From positions 5,371 through 69,370 of the forward strand of contig CACMZN010000005.1 of assembly GCA_902618175.1 (NCBI GenBank): a stretch of 64,000 bases of DNA, in the 5' to 3' direction. The notes below the pieces were generated by a model. It saw nothing but the letters and a program-made list of their open reading frames with translations. It did not search any database and was not told the DNA's origin. This document shows positions 1 through 10,608 of the stretch, in pieces. A program made the position numbers and the translations under genes. The DNA is from an uncultured Verrucomicrobiota bacterium. GTDB taxonomy: Bacteria > Verrucomicrobiota > Verrucomicrobiia > Opitutales > Seribacteraceae. The number at the start of each line of letters is the position of its first letter. Position 1 is the first letter of the stretch.

Positions 1-369
1 AAACATTCCATTAAATCTTTTCACGGCATGCTCCTGCCACTCAATGAGCGAAGTAAGGACAACTTCCGTATCTGATTTAGAATTGAATGCGTATCCCATG
101 TCCATCAACTCCTTTCTCAACTCTCGAAAATTGTAAATTTCACCATTATAGGACAGCACGTATCTTTGATCTGCTGAAACCATAGGTTGGTGCCCTGCTG
201 GACTGGTGTCTATGATTGTCAACCTTCGATGACCCAGTCCAATGTTCTGTTCAACCCAATGACCGACGCCATCAGGACCCCTATGAGCTATGGAGTCAGT
301 CATTTTTTTCAAAAATTCCCGTTTCACCGGTTTTCCGTCAAAATTAATCTGGCCTACAACGCCACACAT
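1..369 (-). CDS. asnB: Asparagine synthase (glutamine-hydrolysing) family amidotransferase, 5' part, runs off window edge
   Basis: Manual translation from ATG at 369: MCGVVGQINF...IAHRGPDG...GLGHRRLTIID...GHQPM...YNGEIYNF...SDTEVV (Ntn amidotransferase N-terminus); start overlaps the upstream TAA (TAATG). Confidence 0.93.
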   Translation of the reverse strand, partial: MCGVVGQINFDGKPVKREFLKKMTDSIAHRGPDGVGHWVEQNIGLGHRRLTIIDTSPAGHQPMVSADQRYVLSYNGEIYNFRELRKELMDMGYAFNSKSDTEVVLTSLIEWQEHAVKRFNGMF

Positions 370-1538
370 TAGAAAGGATTCAACTGAAGTATTTTGTCTA
401 TGACGTGATTTTGCTCTTCATCCCTCATGCCGTTGAAGAGAGGAAAGGATATGCTTAGCTGGTCAGCGGCAAAAGCATTTGGAAAGTCAAGCGGCTTCAG
501 ACGATATTTTTTTGAATAATAAGTAAGCATGTGAACTGCGTGAGTCGCGGGCCTGGTAGAAATTCCCTCTTTGAAAAGATTATCCATCCACTGATTACGA
601 AATTTATTTGCAATCGCGACCGAGTTTGGTGCGTGAGGGTCGATTCCAAATAAACATGGGTAACTTTGATAAGCGTGTTCGAAACTTTTTTCCCGCCATG
701 GAATGCGAAGCCATTTCAAATCCTTAAACGCTTCGTCATATCTTTCAGCCAACCGTTTTCGTTCCAACAAAATTTGACTAGCCCTATCCATTTGAGAAGA
801 TCCCAAAGCACCTTGTATATCGGTCATTCTTTGGTTGTAGCCAGCCTCCGGGTGATCCGACAAAAGGTAAGGCCGATTGCCCAAATGCCTTTGCAAGTCG
901 CTCATGGAAGCACCATGATCGCGAAGTATTTGGAGTTTTTCAGCAAGTAAATGATCATTGGTAGTAATCATACCACCTTCTCCCGTGGTTATGGACTTTC
1001 GAGGATGAAAGCTAAAGCAACCCGCATTTCCAAGAGTTCCGACATGGTTTTCTTTGTACCTAGAACCAAATCCGCAAGCTGCATCTTCGACGACTAGGAG
1101 GTTATGCTTTTGGGCAATCTCAAGAACTGGATCCATCTCCACAGGTAGCCCAAAAAGATGAACGGGAAGAATGGCCTTTGTGCGTTTGGTTATCTTTTCT
1201 TCAATTTTATCAAGATCTATGTTGAAAGTGTTCAGATCAATGTCACAGAATATGACTTTTCCTCCCAAATGTTCGATTACGTTTGCAGTTGAGATCCAAG
1301 TAAATGCAGGCACGATGGCTTCATCCCCCCTTTCGAAGCCTAAGGCAGCAAGCGACAAGTGTAAGGCAGAAGTACAGGAGGTAACGGCGATGGAATGTTT
1401 TGCCCCAGTGAAAGACGACCATTTGTTTTCAAATTCTCTTACCTTTGGGCCCTGAACCAACCAGCCGGATTCCAAAGGTCCAAGCACACTTTGCATCTCC
1501 TTTGAAGTAAGACTTGTTCGAGCAATGGGTATTTTCAC
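369..1538 (-). CDS. DegT/DnrJ/EryC1/StrS PLP-dependent sugar aminotransferase
   Basis: SCTSALHL, VEDAACGFG, FSFHPRKSITTGEGGM motifs. Confidence 0.93.
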   Translation of the reverse strand: MKIPIARTSLTSKEMQSVLGPLESGWLVQGPKVREFENKWSSFTGAKHSIAVTSCTSALHLSLAALGFERGDEAIVPAFTWISTANVIEHLGGKVIFCDIDLNTFNIDLDKIEEKITKRTKAILPVHLFGLPVEMDPVLEIAQKHNLLVVEDAACGFGSRYKENHVGTLGNAGCFSFHPRKSITTGEGGMITTNDHLLAEKLQILRDHGASMSDLQRHLGNRPYLLSDHPEAGYNQRMTDIQGALGSSQMDRASQILLERKRLAERYDEAFKDLKWLRIPWREKSFEHAYQSYPCLFGIDPHAPNSVAIANKFRNQWMDNLFKEGISTRPATHAVHMLTYYSKKYRLKPLDFPNAFAADQLSISFPLFNGMRDEEQNHVIDKILQLNPF

Positions 1539-2503
1539 TTATTGGCTTCTCGCCAAGCAATCAAGTCCTGAAGACCTTTCCGAAGTTCGATCTCGTGTTC
1601 AAAGTCCAATTCCTTCTTTGCCTTCCGAGTACATCCTATCCTATTCTGAACCATCCTGCGGGTGTCGACATCCGAGTAAGGCTTGTAAGTTACTTCCAAG
1701 TCAGATTTTTTCAGTTCCAAGATCGTGTCACACAATTTGCGAATACTCGTCTGCACTCCCGTACCCACATTATAAAATTCATCCGTTGCTTCTGATTTCA
1801 TAGCAAGTAGGTTACATCGGGCAACGTCTCTCACATCTATGAAATCATAAGCTTGGGATCCATTGCCATTAATCACTGGAGCTTCCTTCGCATCAATCTT
1901 GTTCAACATAATTGGAATGACACCAGTGTATGCAGCAGTCTGATCTTGATGAGGTCCGTAAACATTCATGTAACGAAGTCCTACGTAATCCAAACCATAA
2001 CGATCGTAGAAGGCTCGGCACATTGCTTCGCCTGCAATTTTTGTTGATCCGTAAAAGTTACGATTATTAAAGGGATGGTTTTCCGTCATTGGCATCTCAG
2101 AAGCGTCTCCATAAACGGAAGCAGAGGAGGAATAAACCAATCTTTTAATTTTGTTCTCAACACAAGCTTCAAGAACATTGAAAGTGCCTTCAATGTTAAC
2201 ATGGAAAGCAGTTCGAGGAAAGTCCTTGCAATGAAGTAGCCACATAGCAGCCAAATGCACCACACAATCGACTCCCTTCATCGCATCGTTCAGTAAATCA
2301 ACATCACGCACATCTCCTCCACATTCGTAAATAGAGCATCTCTCATCCTGCAAAGAAGACCTAAGATAAGATAGATTTCCTCGTGTAAGATTGTCGTAAA
2401 CCTTAACTTCACTAACTCCCCCTTCAAGTAAGGACGCGACAACATGACTTCCGATAAAGCCTGCACCGCCTATGACTAGACAACTGACACCATCCAAATT
2501 CAT
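1535..2503 (-). CDS. NAD-dependent nucleotide-sugar epimerase/dehydratase (extended SDR)
   Basis: GGAGFIG, SSSASVYG, YGSTK (YxxxK), RYMNVYGP. Confidence 0.92.
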   Translation of the reverse strand: MNLDGVSCLVIGGAGFIGSHVVASLLEGGVSEVKVYDNLTRGNLSYLRSSLQDERCSIYECGGDVRDVDLLNDAMKGVDCVVHLAAMWLLHCKDFPRTAFHVNIEGTFNVLEACVENKIKRLVYSSSASVYGDASEMPMTENHPFNNRNFYGSTKIAGEAMCRAFYDRYGLDYVGLRYMNVYGPHQDQTAAYTGVIPIMLNKIDAKEAPVINGNGSQAYDFIDVRDVARCNLLAMKSEATDEFYNVGTGVQTSIRKLCDTILELKKSDLEVTYKPYSDVDTRRMVQNRIGCTRKAKKELDFEHEIELRKGLQDLIAWREANK

Positions 2504-2560
2504 GTAATGGGAGTACTGTTTTTCCTTTTCAGACCAATTTTAAAAAAGTGAAAAAAGAAC

Positions 2561-4072
2561 TTATAGTTCGGATTTTCTCAATCGTGCAGCAAGAGAAGAC
2601 AAGGCGTCATGAACTCTTTCTAGAAGCACTTCCTCTTCTACCTGCAAACTACTTCGACCGTCCGTGAAAGTATATTGAATGGTTCCGTAATTGAAATTTC
2701 TACCACTGATTTGAAATTCTGCAACAAACTCATTTTCCCTTTTGTAATATCCTTGGGGTTGTGGATCTTTCCAATTTATTTCAAATTCATCATACGGATT
2801 TTGGACACCTGGGTGTACCCCGAGCTTCCCATTATTTCTGAAGATATTAAGCTTTGCCTCGTGGATCTGTATACCTTCGGCAACCTTTGAAAAGATGGCG
2901 GGAACCTCTGATAAGGTCTTGGTTTGTGAAATCAAAATTTCGGCATCCTTTACTGCTTGTTCCATGCTGCGCGTGCTTTTCCTGTCGCGCATGAGAGTGG
3001 ACAAACCTTCTCCAAAAAACTCAAAGCGGAAATAACCCAGATATCGGAGCAGAATGAAGCCACCTAGACCGAAGAAAACAAAAACTGCAAACAATTGATC
3101 TCCTTTTCCAAAGGCAGCAGCAATTGCGACCAAAGAGCAGGAAAATGCCATAGCCCACAATGCCAGCACTGCTTTTCCGTGAGAAAGACCCTTGGACATC
3201 AAGCGGTGATGAAAATGTTCCATATCAGGAGAAAATGGTGATCTGCCCCTCATGGTCCTTCGAAGGATTGCGAAAACACAATCCATGATTGGAACGGCAA
3301 ACGCAAGAACAGGAAAAATCCCGTCGAGCACACCGTTTTCTCGAGCACTTGCCAATAATGTTAGACAACCAGCCAAGTAGCCAAGTGTTAGGCTTCCACA
3401 ATCTCCTAAGAAGATTGAGGCGGGTCGGCTGTTATAGACTAGAAAGCCAAGTAGACATCCAATGAGCAAAGTGGAAAGCCATACTACGCTTGTAATCCCA
3501 GCAAGATAACCGACTACTGATACTGCAAGCAAACCAGCTAGTGTTATTCCGGAAGCAAGTCCATCCAATCCGTCGATTAGGTTGATGGCATTTGTCATTC
3601 CCACGATCCATAAACAAGCGAACCCAAAAGCGAGCCAACCAGGAAAGTCAATTGATCCTAGACCAAGAAATTGAACAGTAGAGAAAGATAATCCAGCCCC
3701 CCATACAACAAGTCCTGCAATCAAAAACTCACCAAAAAGCTTTGTTCTGGGAGACAATCGTGCCAAATCGTCGAAAAATCCAATTACGAATATACCCAAT
3801 GTACCTAATACAATAGAACCGACGACAGGATTTGGACCTGAAATCAATTCACGAATTTGGGGAACTGTTAATCCGGCAATGGATACGACGATGATGAATG
3901 ATAGTAGAATCGAGGCTCCGCCAAGTCTTGGAGTTGGTTGTTTATGTACCTTTCTTGCTCGCTGAGGACAATCGATAAATCCCTTCTTGAATGCGAGTAA
4001 ACGAACAACCGGCGTTAAAACACAAGTCAAAATGGCACCCAATACAAACAAACTGTAAATAGATGGAATCAC
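2561..4072 (-). CDS. wecA: WecA/TagO-like undecaprenyl-phosphate HexNAc-1-phosphate transferase (MraY family) with C-terminal soluble extension
   Basis: RKVHKQPTPRLGG, GFFDD, NAINLIDGLDGLA, IFLGDCGS, PDMEHFHHRL; multiple TM segments; GTG start. Confidence 0.88.
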   Translation of the reverse strand: MIPSIYSLFVLGAILTCVLTPVVRLLAFKKGFIDCPQRARKVHKQPTPRLGGASILLSFIIVVSIAGLTVPQIRELISGPNPVVGSIVLGTLGIFVIGFFDDLARLSPRTKLFGEFLIAGLVVWGAGLSFSTVQFLGLGSIDFPGWLAFGFACLWIVGMTNAINLIDGLDGLASGITLAGLLAVSVVGYLAGITSVVWLSTLLIGCLLGFLVYNSRPASIFLGDCGSLTLGYLAGCLTLLASARENGVLDGIFPVLAFAVPIMDCVFAILRRTMRGRSPFSPDMEHFHHRLMSKGLSHGKAVLALWAMAFSCSLVAIAAAFGKGDQLFAVFVFFGLGGFILLRYLGYFRFEFFGEGLSTLMRDRKSTRSMEQAVKDAEILISQTKTLSEVPAIFSKVAEGIQIHEAKLNIFRNNGKLGVHPGVQNPYDEFEINWKDPQPQGYYKRENEFVAEFQISGRNFNYGTIQYTFTDGRSSLQVEEEVLLERVHDALSSLAARLRKSEL

Positions 4073-4169
4073 TAAATCAAAGATTTATAAGACAGAAAAT
4101 TGTAAATTCGTCAATTTAAGAAAAATGGGATTTCAGAACACAATAAACTGATCAAACAAATTTTTCATT

Positions 4170-4200
4170 TCAAGGTTTGAGAAAATCAAGGTTTGAGAAA
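4170..4200. repeat. Tandem direct duplication TCAAGGTTTGAGAAA x2 (16-bp period)
   Basis: Read directly at 4170-4184 and 4186-4200, where the rmlB relic ends. Confidence 0.75.
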
Positions 4201-4423
4201 TTATTCCATAACATATGCTTGTCTGGTGAAAAAAGCTTTTGCAATACCTGCCCTTGCAAATACATGAATCCCGTGATCTACTGTATAACGCAGTTTATCA
4301 TTGTTCCCTGCATATGTTTGTCTGTCGTAATTAATCACCCGATCGAAATTTCTACTCTTCAAAAGTGAGTGAATGAAATTGGCCCAGATGAACCCAAACG
4401 CTCATGTTACTAAAATTTTTCAT
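4201..4423 (-). pseudogene. rfbB: Decayed 5' fragment of dTDP-glucose 4,6-dehydratase (rmlB/rfbB)
   Basis: ATG at 4423, +1 A frameshift, then KILVT*AFGFIWANFIHSLL...VINYDRQTYAGNNDKL, matching RmlB KILVTGGAGFIGSNF...VVNLDKLTYAGN; truncated after about 70 codons. Confidence 0.75.
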
Positions 4424-5287
4424 ATTACGACATTTTTAGCCATTTTCCACATAGATTCACGTATAGCCTCTTCAACGGGTCTCATTCCAATCCCAGCCTT
4501 TTCTGCTTTTGTTGTATCCAAAACGCAATTAAGACGAGGCCTTTTTGCCGCTTTGTCCATAAATTGTTCCTCATCGACAAAAAATTGAAATTGTTTATCC
4601 GTTCCCCCCTCTTCCAGCATCCATTCGGTAACTTTGCTTGTCGTTACCGACCCAGGGGTCGTCATATTGTAAATACCCTGTTCGACTTCTTTTTCGAAAC
4701 ATTCAATGCACTTTTGAACAAACTCACCCAAATGCGAAACTGAATTTTCTGCTTCGAGCAATGAATCGTAATATAATAACTTCTGAAGGTAATTCCTCGG
4801 ACTTATCTCTTCGTTAAATGGAATATGTAATCTCCAGATATAACGATTTCCTGCACTTTCGAGTACTTCTTCACCCAAAGTTTTGTACCACTGTAAAAAC
4901 TACATGGAGGAGACCGAAATGAAAGATTAGGTGTATCTTCTTCTTTCCACCTTTCCCCATCCGGTCTTCCTTTAGAATAGATACAACCACTGGAAAAATG
5001 ACCCCATTGAATCTTAAAATCCTCACAAACTTCGCTTATGATACCTGGAAATGTAGAATTTCTCAATAAACATTCTGCCTTTGCCAATTAGCAAGCATCC
5101 ACGCTCAGTTATCAGTATATCAAGCATAATTAATAACCAATGAAATTTTATTTCGTTTAATAAGATCGCTAAGTAGGATCCTATCATAATAGTTTAAGGA
5201 ATCTCTACCAATAGGAATAAAATCATTTTTAGTACTAGGATTGAGGTAAATTTTTCCTACATAACAATTTTACCAATTAAGAGGCAT
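4420..5287 (-). pseudogene. rfbD: Frameshifted RmlD-like (dTDP-4-dehydrorhamnose reductase family) gene
   Basis: Fragments 4803-5087 (SSGCIY...FYSGTK) and 4420-4878 (RNYLQKL...GIYNMTTPG...NCVLDTTK) are in different frames; upstream region reads LVINYA*YT..VDAC*LAKAECL with stops. Confidence 0.8.
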
Positions 5288-5288
5288 T

Positions 5289-6413
5289 TCACTTATTTTT
5301 TTGATTAAAGGATATGAGATTAGCATAGATTCCAAAAAGTTTAGCTTCTTCAAAATTCTTTTTGACGAAACGCCTCCCTTTTTTACCAAAATTTTCTATT
5401 TCATCTGAATCCATAGCTAAAATCTTGCACATTGCATCAGCAAGTGATGCATGATTTCTAGCTTCACATAGTAGACCAGTTTCTCCATCAACAACTACAT
5501 CTCTGCAACCTGGAACATCTGAAGTTATAACAGGTTTAGCCATAGAAGATGCTTCTAATAATGCCCTAGAGAGACCTTCTCTGTAACTTGGTAGCACAAA
5601 ACAGTCGCATCCTTCAATAAAAGGACGAACATCATGTTGATGATTAATAACTTTGAAAAATTTATCAGAAGTTTGACTTTTCAATAAGTGACAAGGGTAA
5701 TTGGCAGGATTAGACTCGTCATGAGATCCAAGCATTATAAAATCTGTTCTAGGATATAATTTTATTACAATTTTAGCAGCATTAATGTATTCCTGTAATC
5801 CTTTGTCGAACAGAAACCTACCTAAAAAAAGGAAGGTGAATTTATAATTCCTATTTCTTTTAAAAAAGGATGGTTTAAAATAAGATGTATCTAAACCAGA
5901 CCCGGGAAGTAAAACAGCTTTATGGTACGGAATAATTTGACGACTAGTAAAAAAATCTATATCGTCTATATTCTGAAAAAACACATGGCTTGTATATCTG
6001 AAAGTGAACTTATATACAATGTTTACAAGTCTAGTCAAAGAAGACTCATTTATGAATAAATATCCTAAACCTGATACATTAGGAATAACTCGTATGCCTA
6101 AAAGAAAACACGATAAACAAGAGAAAAAATTAATTTTTATTGTACTCGGAAATACAAGTAATGGATTTATACTAGAGATTTTATAGTACAATCGTAAAAA
6201 ATCATAAAAGCCAAGAAAAGGATTTACCGAATTTCGGTTAAAGTCGAAGGTAATTTGGCGAAATCCATAGATTGAAAAGTCAAAATTAGAACTTGGACAT
6301 ATAATATAAATCTCATAACCATTATTTTTTAGATACTTACAAAGATTAAGCCTAAAATTTTGAATATACCAAGAAGAATTAGCAATAAAACAAAGTTTTT
6401 TATTTATTTTCAT
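5289..6413 (-). CDS. Glycosyltransferase family 4 (CapM-like)
   Basis: VSGLG, FFQNIDD, PGSG, GRFLFDKG, VLPSYREGLSRALLEASSM, DVPGCRDVV. Confidence 0.92.
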   Translation of the reverse strand: MKINKKLCFIANSSWYIQNFRLNLCKYLKNNGYEIYIICPSSNFDFSIYGFRQITFDFNRNSVNPFLGFYDFLRLYYKISSINPLLVFPSTIKINFFSCLSCFLLGIRVIPNVSGLGYLFINESSLTRLVNIVYKFTFRYTSHVFFQNIDDIDFFTSRQIIPYHKAVLLPGSGLDTSYFKPSFFKRNRNYKFTFLFLGRFLFDKGLQEYINAAKIVIKLYPRTDFIMLGSHDESNPANYPCHLLKSQTSDKFFKVINHQHDVRPFIEGCDCFVLPSYREGLSRALLEASSMAKPVITSDVPGCRDVVVDGETGLLCEARNHASLADAMCKILAMDSDEIENFGKKGRRFVKKNFEEAKLFGIYANLISFNQKNK

Positions 6414-6438
6414 ATTACCTTAATCGTAAATATCTTTA

Positions 6439-7494
6439 CTATATTTCCAAATTGTTTATATTCTTAACATAAGTAATATGAGTTTTTTGTATACAAAACT
6501 GCTTTTCCACTTTGATTCTTCCATTTGTCCCCAAGGTTTTGCGCATAGATCTAGATGTTAAAAGTTGGGCAAGTCTGTCAAACCATTCGATGGAAGAACC
6601 AACAAGAAATCCATTTTTTGAGTCATCGATGATAGATACATTGGCACCAACTCGACTGGCAACAACAGGTAATGAGCAAGCCATATACTGTATAAGTTTA
6701 TATCCGCATTTACCTAGTTCCCAGCATGTGTTATGCAGTGGCATAATTCCAATAGAACAATTAGCTATGTTGGATGCTTCTGTATCTTCAGACCATGGGA
6801 GACACTCAATATTAACATTCTTAATTTCTAATGATGAAATACCAATAACCCTGAGCGTAAAGTCAAACTTATCAGACAATTTTGTAAAAACACTCTTAAT
6901 AGACTTAAGATAAAATAATGTTGATGGTGAACCAATCCATACGATCTTTATCACTTCAGGATTACCATGATTCCTTATAGTATAATGATTAAGATTTACT
7001 ACAGTAGGAATTAAAACACAATTATCATTGTATTTGCTAGCGTAATTGAACAGATAATTGTTACCCAACATTACTAAAGATGAAAAACGAATAAGATGTT
7101 TATGCTTGTTTGCTAACAAAAATTTGATTATGCAACTACTATGAGAATCGTAGTTGTGGAATATGGCATCATCATAATCTAAAATGTAATTTAATTTGCT
7201 AAGGAAAATTTTTTCAAAGCTGTATGGAAACCATGGGAAAAGCTCCTTTTCTATAACAACGATAATCCCCTTATCCAGACTTAGTAGTTTGTATATTCTT
7301 GAAATTAAAGAAAATAATATTACTAAATAATTAAACTTTTTACCACGATACTTTCTCTGTAATTGAATATCGCTAATTAGAAATGAGTGGTGTAAAATAT
7401 AACCTACATTACGTAAGTACGGAAAATATTGAAAAGACCGTAGACGGCTAGAGGCACCAGTAGTGTTATATTTTGTAAAATAAACTATCTCCAC
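6439..7494 (-). CDS. Glycosyltransferase family 4
   Basis: GASSRLR, DYDDAIF, WIGS, GKCGYKLIQYMACSLPVVAS. Confidence 0.9.
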   Translation of the reverse strand: MEIVYFTKYNTTGASSRLRSFQYFPYLRNVGYILHHSFLISDIQLQRKYRGKKFNYLVILFSLISRIYKLLSLDKGIIVVIEKELFPWFPYSFEKIFLSKLNYILDYDDAIFHNYDSHSSCIIKFLLANKHKHLIRFSSLVMLGNNYLFNYASKYNDNCVLIPTVVNLNHYTIRNHGNPEVIKIVWIGSPSTLFYLKSIKSVFTKLSDKFDFTLRVIGISSLEIKNVNIECLPWSEDTEASNIANCSIGIMPLHNTCWELGKCGYKLIQYMACSLPVVASRVGANVSIIDDSKNGFLVGSSIEWFDRLAQLLTSRSMRKTLGTNGRIKVEKQFCIQKTHITYVKNINNLEI

Positions 7495-7509
7495 AATTCT
7501 TAGATTAAA

Positions 7510-8544
7510 TTATAAAATAATATAATATGAAAATTTTCTAGTAGGATAATAATGAGAAATTGAAATCCCGTAAACTAACCAAAAAATTGGTATAACATAG
7601 CATGATATTGAAATAGAATACACTAGAATAATATAGAGAGGAAGAAAAAAATCTTTTTTTGATATGAAAATACATAGCAATGGCAAAAATGCAAATATTG
7701 ATAATAAACCGAAATCAGATAAAAGTTGAATATAATTATTGTGACAGTTTGGATACCAGTTAGGAAAGTTCTTGTGATAATCAATAGTACTCAATGTGTG
7801 ATTATTGACTATGTTTACATTAGAAAATCCAGTGCCTAAAAATGGATTCTGAATAAAACTCATAATGCCGTTGAAGGAAAATAACAATCGAATTTTATCA
7901 GTATGGCTTGTCGACAAAGTAAGAGCAGAATAGTAAAATATAAATATAAGAAAGGAAATTGCAATAAAATAAATTTTATTCGTAAATAATTTTGGAAAAT
8001 TATTATATAATAAAATAATTATACACATAGCAAAGGAGAATCTAGCATTAAGAAAAAAACATAATAACAGCATAAATAAAACTAGTGCATTTAAAAAGTT
8101 TTTTGACTTATTATAATGTGTATAAAGTGATATAATTGTAATAATTACAAACATTCTTTCGTTAACTCCTGCAGATTTGAAAAATTTATGCAAGTGTATA
8201 ACTTCAAAAAAAATTCCTAGGAGTATGAGAATAAGAATAAATCTTAGAAATTTAAATGATTTATCTCTACTTCCTAAATAATAGCCTACTAGAGATACAA
8301 TAGTCCAAATAACAAAAGAAAGCTTTATAGAGGTACTATGTGGATAATGAATATTATTAATATCATGTAAATAACAAACAATTAAAAGAATACCTTGAGG
8401 AAAAAAAAGTAGAATCAAAGGTAAAACTCCCTTGAACTTCAATTTAAAAATAGTTGATAAAAAATAAAAAAAGGATAAAATATATATGATCCTTATACCA
8501 AATATTGAAAATTTACTCATTATCGTGAAATACAATACAATCAT
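7510..8544 (-). CDS. O-antigen polymerase/ligase (Wzy/WaaL, Wzy_C-like) membrane protein
   Basis: About 10 hydrophobic segments, NPFLGTG and HNNYIQLLSDFGL motifs; very AT-rich. Confidence 0.72.
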   Translation of the reverse strand: MIVLYFTIMSKFSIFGIRIIYILSFFYFLSTIFKLKFKGVLPLILLFFPQGILLIVCYLHDINNIHYPHSTSIKLSFVIWTIVSLVGYYLGSRDKSFKFLRFILILILLGIFFEVIHLHKFFKSAGVNERMFVIITIISLYTHYNKSKNFLNALVLFMLLLCFFLNARFSFAMCIIILLYNNFPKLFTNKIYFIAISFLIFIFYYSALTLSTSHTDKIRLLFSFNGIMSFIQNPFLGTGFSNVNIVNNHTLSTIDYHKNFPNWYPNCHNNYIQLLSDFGLLSIFAFLPLLCIFISKKDFFLPLYIILVYSISISCYVIPIFWLVYGISISHYYPTRKFSYYIIL

Positions 8545-9134
8545 AATTTTTTTAGTATTACCTTCATTTCGTAGGCAGGTATTATGTTACATAATATTTC
8601 CTCCCATAATTCCTGTAAATACGAGCATTTAGTAAAAGGATATCCCAAAATCTTTTTTATAATATGACGAATATAAAAAGGTGGTGATGATTTAAAAACG
8701 AGGTTTATACTTTCTACTCTAAAATCAAATGACTTAAAATAATTTGGAACCTTTCTCTTATAAAGATCACACTTGGTTAGATAGTTGAATGTATATAAAC
8801 CAAAAAATTTAACATGGGTAGGATCAGAATAATAGTATGGATTTGAAAAATGTGGAACAACAATAATTATTGTTCCATTTTTTATTAAAACTTTGCTGCA
8901 TAATGATAAAAATTCTATAGTGCTTGGGATATGTTCAAGAAAGTGAGAACAATGAATTGTGGAAATCCTAGAATGTTCAATCAATTTTAAAACATTAGTG
9001 TAATCGTCGACAATATCCACTGCCGTATAGTCCAAAATGTCGATTCCAACATAACCATCCAACTTATTATTTCCACAGCCAATATCAAGTTTTGTATCTG
9101 TGCTAGAATTTATAACATCAATTAATTTGTGCAT
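8541..9134 (-). CDS. Class I SAM-dependent methyltransferase
   Basis: LDIGCG, SHFLEH, VLIKNG, DPTH. Confidence 0.85.
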   Translation of the reverse strand: MHKLIDVINSSTDTKLDIGCGNNKLDGYVGIDILDYTAVDIVDDYTNVLKLIEHSRISTIHCSHFLEHIPSTIEFLSLCSKVLIKNGTIIIVVPHFSNPYYYSDPTHVKFFGLYTFNYLTKCDLYKRKVPNYFKSFDFRVESINLVFKSSPPFYIRHIIKKILGYPFTKCSYLQELWEEILCNIIPAYEMKVILKKL

Positions 9135-9888
9135 TAAAAAACGACTTTATTTTCTGTAGAAATGTAGACTTTACATGTTTTCTAAACAAAAAGAATTCAT
9201 AGGTTAAAATATTATCATCAAAATATTTAATTTCGTAATTTTTTTTAAAACATATATAGTTAAAACTTAGTTGGTCTCTAATTGTATAAAGGATAATTTG
9301 ATCGTACCACATTCTCATAAGACTTATTGTATTCAAGCAATTATGCATCCTCAGAATTATTGCTCCATGTATAAGACCATTATTAATTGGATAATTGTCA
9401 GTTTTATAAGCAATAAACTGATTTTTAATATCACTAGAAGAAAACTCAGGCTTATTTTTAATCAAGTATTGAGCCTCTTTATATATACAATTCCTGACTG
9501 GATGTCTAAAAAACATAATTTCATTAAGATTTGCGTATTTTAAGATAAATAAATCAACATAATTTGTTAATTTATAATTACCGTCAACCCAAAGACTATT
9601 TTTAGTGAGCGGAAATAGAATATGAGGAAAGAGTTTGTACATTTTAGCATCTAATCGAGGCTTATTATGAAGACCTTTAACATATACGATATTCCATTTA
9701 TTAGATTTAATTTTAAGATTATCAGTGAAACAAATGCAATCGATATTTGCTTTTTGGAGTTTTAAAAATAAATTACTGGGAATCTTATTTAGAATATCAT
9801 AATTCCCAAATATCGATGTATAAATTACAAAGTTATTTGAATAGTTTAACCCTAAACTATTTATATAGTCTTCAAACTCTTTAACCAT
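9118..9888 (-). CDS. DUF616-type glycosyltransferase
   Basis: IYTSIFGNYD, CFTD, KLFPH, WVDGN, HPVRNCIYKEA, RDQLSF. Confidence 0.82.
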   Translation of the reverse strand: MVKEFEDYINSLGLNYSNNFVIYTSIFGNYDILNKIPSNLFLKLQKANIDCICFTDNLKIKSNKWNIVYVKGLHNKPRLDAKMYKLFPHILFPLTKNSLWVDGNYKLTNYVDLFILKYANLNEIMFFRHPVRNCIYKEAQYLIKNKPEFSSSDIKNQFIAYKTDNYPINNGLIHGAIILRMHNCLNTISLMRMWYDQIILYTIRDQLSFNYICFKKNYEIKYFDDNILTYEFFLFRKHVKSTFLQKIKSFFNAQIN

Positions 9889-10608
9889 TTAGTATCTTCT
9901 CGTAATATATTTTATGAGTTGTAATATGAATGGACAAAAAGAATGCGAAAAAGACATAAATTGTAATCGAATAACAAGTCCTTCGAAGCTGGAAATTAGT
10001 TTGTTAGTTGAAATACCTCCAGAACTCATAACAGTAAGCGGAAAATTTATTTTTTTAAATTTACATTTTTTTTTGAAGCATTTTAAAAAAAATTCAAGAT
10101 CCGACGAAATTTTATATGTGGAATTAAATTTAGTTTCTCTGTAAACTGACGAATGTACAAAAACACTTGGATGTACATGATTTAATTTCATCTCATGAAT
10201 TTTTGTCGGCACATTTACATTGTTAATATAGTAATATTTCTTGGTAAAATGTTCCTTCCATAAAGAACCAAATAATATATCACAATTCTTGAATTCACTT
10301 TTTACAATACTTAAGGTATTGGTTAAAAAAAAATCACCAGAATGTATTATAGATACTATATCATTCTCTGCATACGATAATCCACAATTTAGTGCAGAGT
10401 AAACACCTTCCGGATTTTGATATAATATCTTTACGCGACTGTCATTTACTCTTTTTAGAAATCGAGAAAGTTTACCTGTTGAACATGCGTCAACAATAAT
10501 GTACTGATCGTCAGCATTTAATTGATTAACGACACTATTATATGTGATAATAAAATCATCAAAATTATTGTAGGATAGAGTTATGATTGAAAATCTACAT
10601 AATTTCAT
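9889..10608 (-). CDS. Glycosyltransferase family 2 (WcaE/WfgS-like)
   Basis: FSIITLSYN, IIVD, GVYSALNCG, HPSVF, SSDLEF, GGIS. Confidence 0.85.
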   Translation of the reverse strand: MKLCRFSIITLSYNNFDDFIITYNSVVNQLNADDQYIIVDACSTGKLSRFLKRVNDSRVKILYQNPEGVYSALNCGLSYAENDIVSIIHSGDFFLTNTLSIVKSEFKNCDILFGSLWKEHFTKKYYYINNVNVPTKIHEMKLNHVHPSVFVHSSVYRETKFNSTYKISSDLEFFLKCFKKKCKFKKINFPLTVMSSGGISTNKLISSFEGLVIRLQFMSFSHSFCPFILQLIKYITRRY

